A DNA stretch of 64,000 nt from Chloroflexota bacterium (lineage in GTDB: Bacteria; Chloroflexota; Anaerolineae; UBA4142), in assembly GCA_016219275.1 (NCBI GenBank), contig JACRBM010000032.1, positions 28,054 through 92,053 of the forward strand, written 5' to 3'. The notes below the pieces were generated by a model. It saw only the letters and a list, made by a program, of their open reading frames with translations. It ran no database searches and was not told where the DNA came from. Of the stretch, positions 1 to 8,110 are shown piece by piece; the first letter of the stretch is position 1, and each line of letters starts with the position of its first letter. A program made the translations under genes and the position numbers.

Positions 1-154
1 GGCGTGCTTGACTTGCCACGTTGTTCACGGCACGAGCGCGGCGATGGGCACGTACTCAGGTGCAGTGCTACGACCCGGCGGTACAACGGCAATGGGTTCG
101 TCACTGCTCCGTCTCGACAACCGCGGCGTTTGCCAAGCTTGCCACAACAAGTAA
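1..154 (+). CDS. 3' end (start outside window) of a multiheme cytochrome c, paralog of the 1995..3038 product
   Basis: Frame 2 reads ACLTCHVVHGT...LLRLDNRGVCQACHNK, then TAA at 152-154. It has two CxxCH motifs. Its C-terminus aligns by eye with ...CLTCHRAHGT...LLRMDNRGVCENCHQK of ORF 1995..3038. It is missing from the ORF track because it has no start codon in the window. Confidence 0.6.
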   Translation, partial: ACLTCHVVHGTSAAMGTYSGAVLRPGGTTAMGSSLLRLDNRGVCQACHNK

Positions 155-177
155 GCCAAGCGTCGCACGCAAGGGAA

Positions 178-202
178 GGAGGGGAGGAAACATCTCCCCT
201 CC
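178..202 (+). other. GC-rich stem-loop between two cytochrome genes
   Basis: GGAGGGGA (178-185) pairs with TCCCCTCC (195-202) around a 9-nt loop. No U-tract follows, so it is only a weak terminator candidate. Confidence 0.3.
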
Positions 203-231
203 CAACCTGTATCCAATCCTGCACGCGCAAC

Positions 232-1515
232 ATGGGGAAACACATGTCTTTTCTTCCACGACTCACTTGGCATCGAACTGCAATTATTATTTTGGTTGCA
301 CTCTTAATCACATTGGCGCTGGTTGCCTGCGGTCCTCTGCCAATTCCGGTTGTTGCTACGCCGACGCCTGAACCGACGGCGACGCCGATTCCACCAACGC
401 CGACGCCGGTAATCCAAGTGCAAGTGGGACCGCGCGTGCCGCACGCCACCGAAGGACGCGGCGATTGTCTCGCGTGTCACTTGTCCATGTGGCCCATGCC
501 GGCGTCGCACGAAGGACGCGAAAATAAAACCTGCCTGGCGTGTCACATCGCGCAATCCGCGCAGATACCGGTGGTCGCGCACCGCGCCAAAGGGCGCGAA
601 ACGTGTTCCGCCTGCCACGCGCCAAACCAAATCGCGCCGCTTCCCGCCGATCACTCCGGACGTTCCGATAAAACGTGCGCGATGTGCCACAATAAAGTGA
701 TCGCGTCGGTACCGGCTGTGGCGCACGATACGCAAAGCAAAACGACTTGCTCAGCGTGCCACGCCAAGCCCGCCGCGGCTCCGATCTCCAGCGTCCCAGT
801 TCTGCCTGCCTCGCACAAGGAGCGCACCGACAAAATGTGTACGGCTTGTCACGAAGCAGCGCTAACGGTACCGCAAATCGGACACAAGACGCCCGGACGC
901 GAAAAATGCGATACCTGTCACGCGGCAAAAGCGATGTCGCCGCTGCCGTCATCGCACGGCCGGCGTTCGGAGCAAACATGCGCGATGTGCCACTCGCCCT
1001 CAACCGTTGCGATCCCCGCGATCGCGCACACCACCGGCGGAGTACGGAGAGCGTGTTCGGGTTGTCACACCGAGGGCAAGATGGCGAATGCCTTACCCGT
1101 TACGCACAAAGGTCGCGCCGATACGATGTGCCTGGCGTGTCACGATCCGATGGTCGTTAAACCGCCCGCGGTCGCGCACTTGGTCAAAGGTCACGAATCA
1201 TGCGCCGATTGTCACAGCGCTAAGGGAGTCGTGCTCTTGCCGGTCAGTCACAAGAATCGAACGGGCATTACCTGCGTGATCTGCCACGAATCAGAAATCG
1301 CGGTTCCATCAGCGCCGCATTCGGTCGCGGACAAACCGGGTTGTTCGGCATGTCACTCTGCCAAGGTGCTCAAGGTATTGCCGGTCACGCACGTCAAGCG
1401 CACCGATGCGATGTGTACGATGTGCCATTCGCCGATTGCCACGATGCCTGCCTTGATTCCGCACAAACTGGAAGGTCGCCAGGATTGCACGATGTGTCAC
1501 ACCGTGAAAAAGTAA
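232..1515 (+). CDS. 15-heme c-type cytochrome lipoprotein built from tandem heme-binding modules
   Basis: ORF track 4..1515. The first 76 codons overlap the upstream cytochrome 3' end and a hairpin, so I moved the start to ATG 232 (alternative ATG 244 after GGGGAA). Signal peptide with lipobox LALVAC. There are 15 CxxCH motifs, and each has a His 7 (once 8) residues before the first Cys. Confidence 0.85.
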   Translation: MGKHMSFLPRLTWHRTAIIILVALLITLALVACGPLPIPVVATPTPEPTATPIPPTPTPVIQVQVGPRVPHATEGRGDCLACHLSMWPMPASHEGRENKTCLACHIAQSAQIPVVAHRAKGRETCSACHAPNQIAPLPADHSGRSDKTCAMCHNKVIASVPAVAHDTQSKTTCSACHAKPAAAPISSVPVLPASHKERTDKMCTACHEAALTVPQIGHKTPGREKCDTCHAAKAMSPLPSSHGRRSEQTCAMCHSPSTVAIPAIAHTTGGVRRACSGCHTEGKMANALPVTHKGRADTMCLACHDPMVVKPPAVAHLVKGHESCADCHSAKGVVLLPVSHKNRTGITCVICHESEIAVPSAPHSVADKPGCSACHSAKVLKVLPVTHVKRTDAMCTMCHSPIATMPALIPHKLEGRQDCTMCHTVKK

Positions 1516-1545
1516 GCGTCAGGACCAGGTGGTCGAGTACGCATC

Positions 1546-1764
1546 GTGAAAGCAACATTCGAAAAAAAGTTAGGCATGTTGGTGCTCTGGGCTGGGTTGT
1601 CGTTTGCCGTGGTGTTGACCGCGTGTAAAACGGATGACATCCCATCGGTAGTTGAAATGCCGGCGGGCGCGGTTCGCACGTCGCTGGTTGATGCGCGTTC
1701 GGGGGGTGTTCGCGCATCGCCGGTTCCATCGGAGAACGGTGGACCATCCCATACCAATGGCTGA
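1546..1764 (+). CDS. small putative lipoprotein, unknown function
   Basis: GTG start. The N-terminus KKLGMLVLWAGLSFAVVLTAC looks like a lipoprotein signal (lipobox LTAC). No recognisable domain. Same strand as the flanking cytochrome genes. Confidence 0.4.
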   Translation: MKATFEKKLGMLVLWAGLSFAVVLTACKTDDIPSVVEMPAGAVRTSLVDARSGGVRASPVPSENGGPSHTNG

Positions 1765-1769
1765 GAGAA

Positions 1770-1982
1770 TTGGAACGAGCAACGGTCGAGATGCTAACGG
1801 GACTGGATCAGCGCGTGGATCATCTGCGAACGACGACGCGTGGCGCGGCGGCTCTCACGGAAACCTTGCTCTCCGCGCATCCGCATCTATCGGTGGAGCT
1901 GGAGCATTTGCGCGAGACGATTCGCGCGCTCGAAGATGGCTTGGCTGGCTTTCGATTGCCATCCGATCAAGAAGAAACGTAA
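1770..1982 (+). CDS. hypothetical small protein without signal peptide
   Basis: TTG start in the track (alternative ATG at 1791). Leu/Glu/Arg-rich composition with no motif. The coding call rests only on position and strand within the cluster. Confidence 0.3.
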   Translation: MERATVEMLTGLDQRVDHLRTTTRGAAALTETLLSAHPHLSVELEHLRETIRALEDGLAGFRLPSDQEET

Positions 1983-1994
1983 ACGAGGGAGACG

Positions 1995-3038
1995 ATGAAG
2001 TTTTCTAACGCAGTTTTCTTCCCAGTCGTGTTAGCTGTTCTATTTCTAGTCGTCGTTGGACTCGGCGTATCGCCGGTCACATTTGCCAACGGCGGACCGC
2101 ACGGAAATTATAGTCCGACGACGGACGCCTGCGCCGGTTGTCATCGCGCGCACAGCGCGGGCGCGAGCCGGTTGTTGATTACGCAAGTACCCGGTCTGTG
2201 TTTCACGTGTCACGGCAACACGAGCAGCGGCGCGTTGACGAATGTGCAAGATGGAATCTTCAACGGCGGCGGCGGTAGTTTGCTCGGCGGTGGTTTTACA
2301 AATTATCAGGCAAGGTCGGTAACTTCGTCCCACGGCGTAGACGGAACGTACCGCAACGCGTGGGGCAGCGGTACCACTTGGACCAGTACGTACGATTGCG
2401 CCGGCTGCCACAACGACGAATCCGGTTTGGTATGGCCCGGCGCGCCGCAATGGGGCATTAGCGCCAACGCGTGGGCAACCTTCCCCGGGCGTGGACAAAA
2501 CGTTACGATGCCGTTGACCTGCACCAGTTGCCACAATCCACACGGCGGACGCAATTATCGTTTGCTGCAACAACGTTTGCATCCTCCTAGCGCGCAACAA
2601 GAAGACCCGCCGGGCTATGTGTTGGTCACGTCGAATGAAACCGGCGGACAACGCCCGGATCAACTCGGTTATGTCGCCAACTACACCACGCCGCGCTATC
2701 GTTTGGGATTGGGCGATTGGTGCACGGGTTGTCATTTTACGTACCAACAACAAATCTCGGCGATGCCGTTCAACGCGGAAGATGGCAGAGGTCTGGTCAC
2801 CCGCTATCGCCACCGGATGAACATGACGCTGGGCGGTCTAACGACCACCTTGCCGCTCGAAGATCCGCTCGGCGATGGCGCGAACGCGAACGACCAGGTC
2901 TTTTGTTTGACGTGTCATCGCGCACATGGGACGAACGTTAACGCCAGCGGGTACGCCGCGAATGTGCAACCGACCAACAATAGTGCGTTGCTGCGAATGG
3001 ACAATCGCGGCGTGTGCGAAAACTGCCACCAGAAATAG
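1995..3038 (+). CDS. secreted heptaheme cytochrome c (doubled-CXXCH type)
   Basis: GAGGGAGA lies just upstream of the ATG. Hydrophobic N-terminal signal or anchor. Seven CxxCH motifs, including the paired TDACAGCHRAH...LCFTCHG arrangement. Confidence 0.85.
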   Translation: MKFSNAVFFPVVLAVLFLVVVGLGVSPVTFANGGPHGNYSPTTDACAGCHRAHSAGASRLLITQVPGLCFTCHGNTSSGALTNVQDGIFNGGGGSLLGGGFTNYQARSVTSSHGVDGTYRNAWGSGTTWTSTYDCAGCHNDESGLVWPGAPQWGISANAWATFPGRGQNVTMPLTCTSCHNPHGGRNYRLLQQRLHPPSAQQEDPPGYVLVTSNETGGQRPDQLGYVANYTTPRYRLGLGDWCTGCHFTYQQQISAMPFNAEDGRGLVTRYRHRMNMTLGGLTTTLPLEDPLGDGANANDQVFCLTCHRAHGTNVNASGYAANVQPTNNSALLRMDNRGVCENCHQK

Positions 3039-3050
3039 AAAAGAGCCAGA

Positions 3051-3401
3051 GTGAATCGCGCAGAAACTCGCGTTGCGATAATCCTGGGACTGGGGTTGCT
3101 GATCGTTTTCTTCTTCGTCGTTGCCTGGGTGGGCGCGCACATGTTCTTCACGCCGAATGAACCCGCGCGCGCCCAGTCAAATATAGCAACGCCGACGCCC
3201 GCGCCGGTTTCTGCGTCTCCGTCCGCGCCGGTTCCCGCCGCCACACACCCAAGCGTTCCGCGCGACACGACGCCGCGCCGGGCAACCGTGAGTGCGACCT
3301 CGGCGCGCAATGCAATTCAACTTCCAGCCGGCCATCCGGGGGTAGATGGATCTCAACCCTGCGAATCGTGCCACACGAATTTGCGCGGCAAGGGAAAATA
3401 G
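3051..3401 (+). CDS. membrane-anchored monoheme cytochrome c with Pro/Thr/Ala linker
   Basis: GTG start. One N-terminal TM helix (VAIILGLGLLIVFFFVVAWVGA), a PT-rich spacer, and a single CESCH motif near the C-terminus. Confidence 0.6.
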   Translation: MNRAETRVAIILGLGLLIVFFFVVAWVGAHMFFTPNEPARAQSNIATPTPAPVSASPSAPVPAATHPSVPRDTTPRRATVSATSARNAIQLPAGHPGVDGSQPCESCHTNLRGKGK

Positions 3402-3422
3402 CGCGACTAGATTGAGCGTACC

Positions 3423-5993
3423 GTGTCAGAAATCATCCAGCCCAACGATAATCTAGGAATGCCCGAACGATTGATCGAACCCGAGCGGAATCGCGCGTCG
3501 CGCCAACGCCTGATCCCGCTCGTTGGTTGGATCGTTTTTGTCGTTCTGATGATTGCGGTTTCTTTTGTCTGCCCTGGTTCTGCCAATGGCGCGCCCGGCA
3601 CGGTTGGATCGAACACGGCGACGAACACACGCGTCGCGTCGGCGACTGCGACGAATTCACGCGCGCCAACGCTCACCGCCACCGCGACGCAAGCGCCAAC
3701 ACTCACGCGCACATCCACCGCGTCGCCGACCGTCGCGCCCAAAGCGCAACCCAGCGCGACGATGACAAATTCGCTCACCCGTTCGCCGACCGCATCGGCA
3801 ACGGCGCTGATAACCGCTCCCCCCAGTTCGACCTGGACGCGCACCGCGACGCGCATACCCACCGCGCCATCATCGGCAACGCCCAGCGCCGCGCCAACGC
3901 CATCTGCCAGCCCAACCCGATTGCCAACCGCAGGGCTAACGGCATCGGCAACCACCACAAAAACGCGAACGCGCACGGCAACTGCGACGAATACGATCAC
4001 GCGCACGGCTACGCTGACGACCACGGTGTCGCCAACGGCAACGCGAACAATCACCGCAACTGCCACGGTGTCGCCAACCGCGACGCGAACGACAACCGTG
4101 ACTACTACCCTGTCGCCAACCGCGACACAAACCATAACCGCGACTGTCACGGCGTCGCCAACTGCAACGCCAACCGCAACGCGAACCATTACCGCGACGG
4201 CTACGCTTTCGGCGACGACAACCCTCACTGCGACGATAGCAATCACGCCAATCGTCACTCCCCCACCGTGGAACAACAGCGCCGGCATTCTTGCGCCGAT
4301 GGGTTTGTGGGGCACGGCTCAAACGCAAACCAACTGCTCGCTGGCGAACACGAACAACAGCATTGACATGGCGTTCAACAACGCGTACGCGACCTGCGCG
4401 GTTGCCACCGGACAAACGACCGGCGACTGGACGATTAGCGCGATCAGCGACGTTCCTTTTTCAACGATCGGTTCGCCGGTGACACTGGATGCCAAGTTCT
4501 ATGTTGTCGGCGCGCATACCGACGACACCGTAGTACTCCAAGTGAACAACGGCACGACTTGGACGACGCTCGAAACGTTTAACGCGGGCAGCCGTCTGCC
4601 GACCGCTGTGGTCACGCGCACGTATTCGGTCTCGACGCAGTTCACCAACCAGACCCAGGTCAATGCCGCGCAGATGCGTTTCAGTTGGGCGCGCGTGGGG
4701 GGCATGACGGATGCGATTACGTATTATTTGGACGAAGTGCGCTTGAATGTACCGAACTCTGCCCAGCCCACGCCGGTTCTACCGGCGCGCGCAGCGACCA
4801 AGGTTCCGATCACGAACGATCCGCATGTTGCCTACACGCCGACGACGGACAGTTGCGCCGGTTGTCATCGTTCGCATACGGGTAGTGGGACGGTGGTGCG
4901 TCGGGCGTGGCACGAGGAGAATGTTTGTTTTACTTGCCACACGAGCATTGGCAACGGGACGTACGTTCAACCCGCGTTCACGAGTTACGCGAACACGACG
5001 ACGAGTTTCTTCAAACATGAAATTGCCGGCACGAGCGGAATTCATCGCGTTGGGGAAACGGGCGGCGCGGTGTTTGGCGGCGCGAATCGCCATATTGAAT
5101 GTGAGGATTGCCATCAACCGCACGATGCCACGCGCGATTCAATCGCCGGGGCGACTCAAGCGCCGATGATTCAACCGGAGATGTACGCCGTGTCTGGCGT
5201 TGACCCGACCTGGACTGCAACCGGCGCGCCGTTCGCATTTACTTGGATGGCGCAAGCGCAACGCGATTATCAAGTCTGCTTCAAGTGCCATTCGAGTTAC
5301 ACCATGTTGCCGACCTATCAACCCGATGGCTGGAATGGCGCGGCATACACCACGAACGGCTTGCGGAAACTCACGAGCGCGAATACACGGCAAGTCTTGG
5401 ATAGTCGCGATCTCGCGCAGATGCTCAATCCTTACAATGCGAGTTTCCATCCGGTTGTCGCGCCGGGCAAGAATTCATCTGCGCCTGCCGGAGGATTTGT
5501 TACGGGGTGGTCGGCAACGAGCATGGTGTACTGCACGGATTGTCACACCAATGCGACGCCGGCGACCGGCGCGAGTGGTCCGCACGGTTCACCACGGCTG
5601 CATCTGCTCGACGGCGCGAACAACTATAGCACAGTGGATTCGAATGGAGCGAACGCGCTCGGCGCGGGCGAGGTGTGTTTCAAATGCCACAAGAGTAGTG
5701 CCTATGCGCCCGCGAACAATCAAGAAGCCACTAACACGCGTTTCCGTTTGGGAACGCAGACGAATCTGCACCAAGTACACGCGGGGTCTGGTGGCGCGCG
5801 CGCACCATGCTATGTTTGCCACAACTCGCACGGGAGCGAGCAGTTGCGGTTAATCAATTTTGATTTGGCGGTGGTGACACCCAATACCGGATTCAATTCC
5901 CAATCGGCGTGGTACTGGGATGGCACGACTGGAACGTGCTATATCAGTTGTCACGGCGCGAATCATGGCATCGGCTATTCCTACACGCCCTAG
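3423..5993 (+). CDS. anchored multiheme cytochrome c with a long Thr-rich stalk and a beta-rich (possibly CBM-like) middle domain
   Basis: GTG start and an N-terminal TM helix. About 220 aa are Thr/Ala/Pro/Ser low-complexity. A ~170 aa non-heme domain follows, then 7 CxxCH plus one CYISCH (CX3CH). The first pair, TDSCAGCHRSH...VCFTCH, matches the 1995..3038 family. Confidence 0.85.
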   Translation: MSEIIQPNDNLGMPERLIEPERNRASRQRLIPLVGWIVFVVLMIAVSFVCPGSANGAPGTVGSNTATNTRVASATATNSRAPTLTATATQAPTLTRTSTASPTVAPKAQPSATMTNSLTRSPTASATALITAPPSSTWTRTATRIPTAPSSATPSAAPTPSASPTRLPTAGLTASATTTKTRTRTATATNTITRTATLTTTVSPTATRTITATATVSPTATRTTTVTTTLSPTATQTITATVTASPTATPTATRTITATATLSATTTLTATIAITPIVTPPPWNNSAGILAPMGLWGTAQTQTNCSLANTNNSIDMAFNNAYATCAVATGQTTGDWTISAISDVPFSTIGSPVTLDAKFYVVGAHTDDTVVLQVNNGTTWTTLETFNAGSRLPTAVVTRTYSVSTQFTNQTQVNAAQMRFSWARVGGMTDAITYYLDEVRLNVPNSAQPTPVLPARAATKVPITNDPHVAYTPTTDSCAGCHRSHTGSGTVVRRAWHEENVCFTCHTSIGNGTYVQPAFTSYANTTTSFFKHEIAGTSGIHRVGETGGAVFGGANRHIECEDCHQPHDATRDSIAGATQAPMIQPEMYAVSGVDPTWTATGAPFAFTWMAQAQRDYQVCFKCHSSYTMLPTYQPDGWNGAAYTTNGLRKLTSANTRQVLDSRDLAQMLNPYNASFHPVVAPGKNSSAPAGGFVTGWSATSMVYCTDCHTNATPATGASGPHGSPRLHLLDGANNYSTVDSNGANALGAGEVCFKCHKSSAYAPANNQEATNTRFRLGTQTNLHQVHAGSGGARAPCYVCHNSHGSEQLRLINFDLAVVTPNTGFNSQSAWYWDGTTGTCYISCHGANHGIGYSYTP
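3594..4263 (+). repeat. coding low-complexity region with imperfect ~42-nt tandem repeats (SPTATRTITATATV-like units)
   Basis: Protein residues ~58-280 of ORF 3423..5993. Repeated units are visible: TVSPTATRTITATA / TVSPTATRTTTVTT / TLSPTATQTITATV / TASPTATPTATRTITATA. The antisense frame gives an artefactual VAVAV ORF (3407..4315). Confidence 0.8.
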
Positions 5994-6035
5994 TGCGAAA
6001 GGCAAGTTCTAGAGCGAATTCCGATTGGGATTACG

Positions 6036-6073
6036 GTATCGTAGAGACGTTGCACGCAACGTCTCTACGATAC
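6036..6073 (+). terminator. perfect 18-bp stem-loop downstream of the stalked cytochrome gene
   Basis: GTATCGTAGAGACGTTGC (6036-6053), loop AC, GCAACGTCTCTACGATAC (6056-6073). No U-tract follows, so terminator function is uncertain. It may be a REP-like element. Confidence 0.4.
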
Positions 6074-6107
6074 TGTCTGCACCGCGAGTCTGCCATATGA
6101 GATTCTC

Positions 6108-6791
6108 ATGTCCACGAATCAATGGTTAGTCATTGCCGTTCTTGCAGTTTGTGTTCTGTTGGTTTGCAGTGTGTTTTTGGTTGTGCTGGATGTGTTTGGT
6201 TTTCGCGCGCCGTCTGCCGAAGCAGTCCGCGTGGACACGCCGACACCAACGCCGCAACCCTCTTTCACGCGGCGATCCTCGCTCACATTCACCCCCACCT
6301 TAACTCTTGCGTCTACGGCAACGCCCACTCGGCAATCGAGCGCGACCCTCACGCGCTCTACCGGCACACCCGGCAAAGCAACATCAGTAGCGCCCGGCAA
6401 GACCACACCAACCCCGGCTTCCAAGATCAGTGCGACGCCAACGCGTCCAATTTCCCGCACCGCAACGGCAAAGCCAGGTTCGATGGCGAGTCCGACCGCT
6501 ACGCCGGCGCAAACGAATTCTGAGGTACGCTTTGTGTCAGTCTCGGTCGTGCGACCGGGAGGCAACGCCCAGGTTGTCGTCCAAACATCGCCGAATGCGC
6601 TGTGCTCGCTGATGTATGTTTCGACGGCGGGCAGTTTCGTAAATATCCCCGGCGCAAACCAGAAAGCCGATGGCAGCGGCAATGTCGCGTGGGGATGGAA
6701 GATTCCGTCAGAGGCGCGACCGGGGCGCGGTGTCGTCATCGTCACGTGCGGCAACGCGACTGCCGAATCGCCAATCACAATCGAACGGTGA
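6108..6791 (+). CDS. membrane-anchored protein with Thr/Pro-rich stalk and a small C-terminal beta domain
   Basis: N-terminal TM helix (LVIAVLAVCVLLVCSVFLVVL), ~110 aa TP/S-rich linker, and a ~90 aa C-terminal domain with two Cys. No heme motif. Confidence 0.6.
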   Translation: MSTNQWLVIAVLAVCVLLVCSVFLVVLDVFGFRAPSAEAVRVDTPTPTPQPSFTRRSSLTFTPTLTLASTATPTRQSSATLTRSTGTPGKATSVAPGKTTPTPASKISATPTRPISRTATAKPGSMASPTATPAQTNSEVRFVSVSVVRPGGNAQVVVQTSPNALCSLMYVSTAGSFVNIPGANQKADGSGNVAWGWKIPSEARPGRGVVIVTCGNATAESPITIER

Positions 6792-6794
6792 TGA

Positions 6795-7187
6795 CACCCC
6801 AGCCCAGACCGCGTCGAACGCGTCCACACCAACGATCTGCGCGAAGCGGTCGCGGCGAAACCCAGCATTGGCGCGCGGCTGGGCTAGTCGTTCGAGCAGA
6901 AATCCGTTCGTCGTCAGTGCGAGGTCGCGGATACCGTCAATCGGCGCAATCCTTTAGACGATATCGCCAATGTCGCGGCGCAAGAGCGGCTCGCCGCCGG
7001 TCAGCCAAATCTTGGTCACACCCAGGGCAACCGCTGAACGAACGACGCTTTTGATTTCGCGCAACGTCAGCGGCAAAGTGGCTGGCGTAACATACCCATC
7101 GGGCGCGCAGTACGCGCAACGAAAGTTGCACGCCTCGGTGACCGCGAGGCGCATGTACACGATGTTTCGACCAAACGTGTCTTGCAT
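6795..7187 (-). pseudogene. moaA: decayed moaA (GTP 3',8-cyclase): nonsense codon, probable internal deletion, 3' truncation
   Basis: ORF 6954..7187 is a MoaA N-terminus (radical-SAM CNFRCAYC, GGEPLLR). An in-frame TAA sits at 6954-6956. The same frame continues RIAPIDGIRDLALTTNGFLLERL...AGFRRDRFAQIVGVDAFDAVWAGV, which is MoaA-like but appears to lack the VNVSLDSL-type segment. Similarity ends near 6795, where the convergent gene 6108..6791 stops. Roughly the C-terminal 200 residues are absent. Confidence 0.7.
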
Positions 7188-7210
7188 GTTGGAATCCCAC
7201 GATCAAAAAT

Positions 7211-7286
7211 CAGAAGTCAGAATCCCGGAGTCAGAATTTTTCTTCTATCTCCGGAATTCTGAATTCCGCATTCTGAATTCCGCATT
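7211..7286. repeat. short direct/tandem repeats (AGTCAGAAT x2; CTGAATTCCGCATT x2)
   Basis: AGTCAGAAT occurs at 7215-7223 and 7229-7237. CTGAATTCCGCATT occurs at 7259-7272 and 7273-7286. The repeats encode the odd C-terminal tail (MRNSECGIQNSGDRRKILTPGF) of the FmdE-like ORF and fill the spacer to moaA. Confidence 0.75.
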
Positions 7287-7864
7287 CCGATTACGCTATA
7301 GTACGCGCCGAGGGCACAGGCACGACACAGAATTTGTCCTTCGGCGCGCACCTCGCGTTCGTTGATAATATCTTCGCCGCACTGCTCGCACACGACGCGC
7401 AAGCCATGCTTGCTAATGATCGCCTTGAGCGAAACGGTCAGCACGACTTGTTGCGCGCTCAAGAGTTCATTCGCCGGCATTACTTGGTACGCCGCCAGTT
7501 GCGCGTGCCAACGATCCGGCGCGTCGGGCGCGTAACGTACCGCGCGCTTGCGCGATTCGAGCCGTGGCCAGACGCGAATGGCGCGATTCGTTTCCGTGTC
7601 CACAAAGGTCGCGGCGGTCTTGCCGTAATCAATTACGTGCATCGTGCGATGTCCAATCGTACAATTCGTTGCGCTCGAAATTCCGTCAATCAAACAGCCA
7701 TCGGTTTCGACGAACGCGAACAGGCGTTTGTCGTCTTGCGGCAGTTCGAGGTCGAGCAATTCACCGGCGTACATGCCCATGCGCACCCCCAGCACTTGGC
7801 GCGGACAAAGATGCTGGTGATGTTGGTGTGCGCTGGCTTCGAACAACATTCTTAAATCCTGCAT
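7217..7864 (-). CDS. FmdE-domain protein with C-terminal zinc ribbon
   Basis: HLCPRQVLGVRMG matches the FmdE-family HxCPG..G.R signature. Zinc ribbon: CEQCG...CRAC. RBS GAGGAA lies 6 nt before the ATG. The last ~25 codons derive from a repeat element. Confidence 0.7.
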   Translation of the reverse strand: MQDLRMLFEASAHQHHQHLCPRQVLGVRMGMYAGELLDLELPQDDKRLFAFVETDGCLIDGISSATNCTIGHRTMHVIDYGKTAATFVDTETNRAIRVWPRLESRKRAVRYAPDAPDRWHAQLAAYQVMPANELLSAQQVVLTVSLKAIISKHGLRVVCEQCGEDIINEREVRAEGQILCRACALGAYYSVIGMRNSECGIQNSGDRRKILTPGF

Positions 7865-7875
7865 GATGGTTCCTC

Positions 7876-7912
7876 ACAAATAAAAATTGCCAGACTCGGA
7901 AAAGAGTCTGGC
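7876..7912 (-). terminator. intrinsic terminator forming the expression platform of the upstream riboswitch candidate
   Basis: The minus-strand RNA reads GCCAGACUC-UUUUCC-GAGUCUGGC followed by AAUUUUUAUUU. It lies between the aptamer candidate and the fmdE-like RBS. Confidence 0.8.
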
Positions 7913-7936
7913 AAAGCAAACACGCTCAACCAACCA

Positions 7937-8060
7937 GATTCTCCTTTCCAAATAGTGCGGAGGCACGCGCGTTTCCGCGCGTACCCACGACAACTTTTTT
8001 ACAGAAAAAAGTGTCCTCTGAGATTTGCTCAGAGTCCGGCTCGTTAGCCATAGCGAATCG
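7937..8060 (-). promoter_or_regulatory. candidate molybdenum-cofactor (Moco) riboswitch aptamer
   Basis: The minus-strand RNA contains CGAGCC, a hairpin (CUCUGAG-CAAAU-CUCAGAG), then GGACAC, an A/U hairpin, and a GAAA-tetraloop hairpin (GCGCG-GAAA-CGCGC). It ends GUGCCUCCGCACUAUUUGGAAAGGAG. From memory these resemble the conserved CCGAGCC / GCCUCC / GGAAAGG blocks of the Moco motif. It sits in the 5' leader of an fmdE-moaA operon. Confidence 0.55.
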
Positions 8061-8110
8061 CCACAGGCGTGCGAGCTTGGAGAAATTTCAACTTGTTAAA
8101 TGACACGACT

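Noticed and set aside
4-231. N-terminal 76 codons of track ORF 4..1515
   Set aside because: This stretch overlaps the 3' end of an upstream cytochrome gene read in another frame (with clear CxxCH motifs) and an intergenic hairpin. A signal peptide starts right after ATG 232.
3407-4315. 302-aa minus-strand ORF rich in VAVAV repeats
   Set aside because: It is the reverse-complement reading of the Thr/Ala-rich stalk of the cytochrome gene 3423..5993.
6951-6959. In-frame TAA in moaA as programmed recoding
   Set aside because: TAA is not a known Sec or Pyl codon. The gene also has an apparent internal deletion and lacks its entire C-terminal half, so decay is the simpler explanation. Sequencing error at this codon remains possible.
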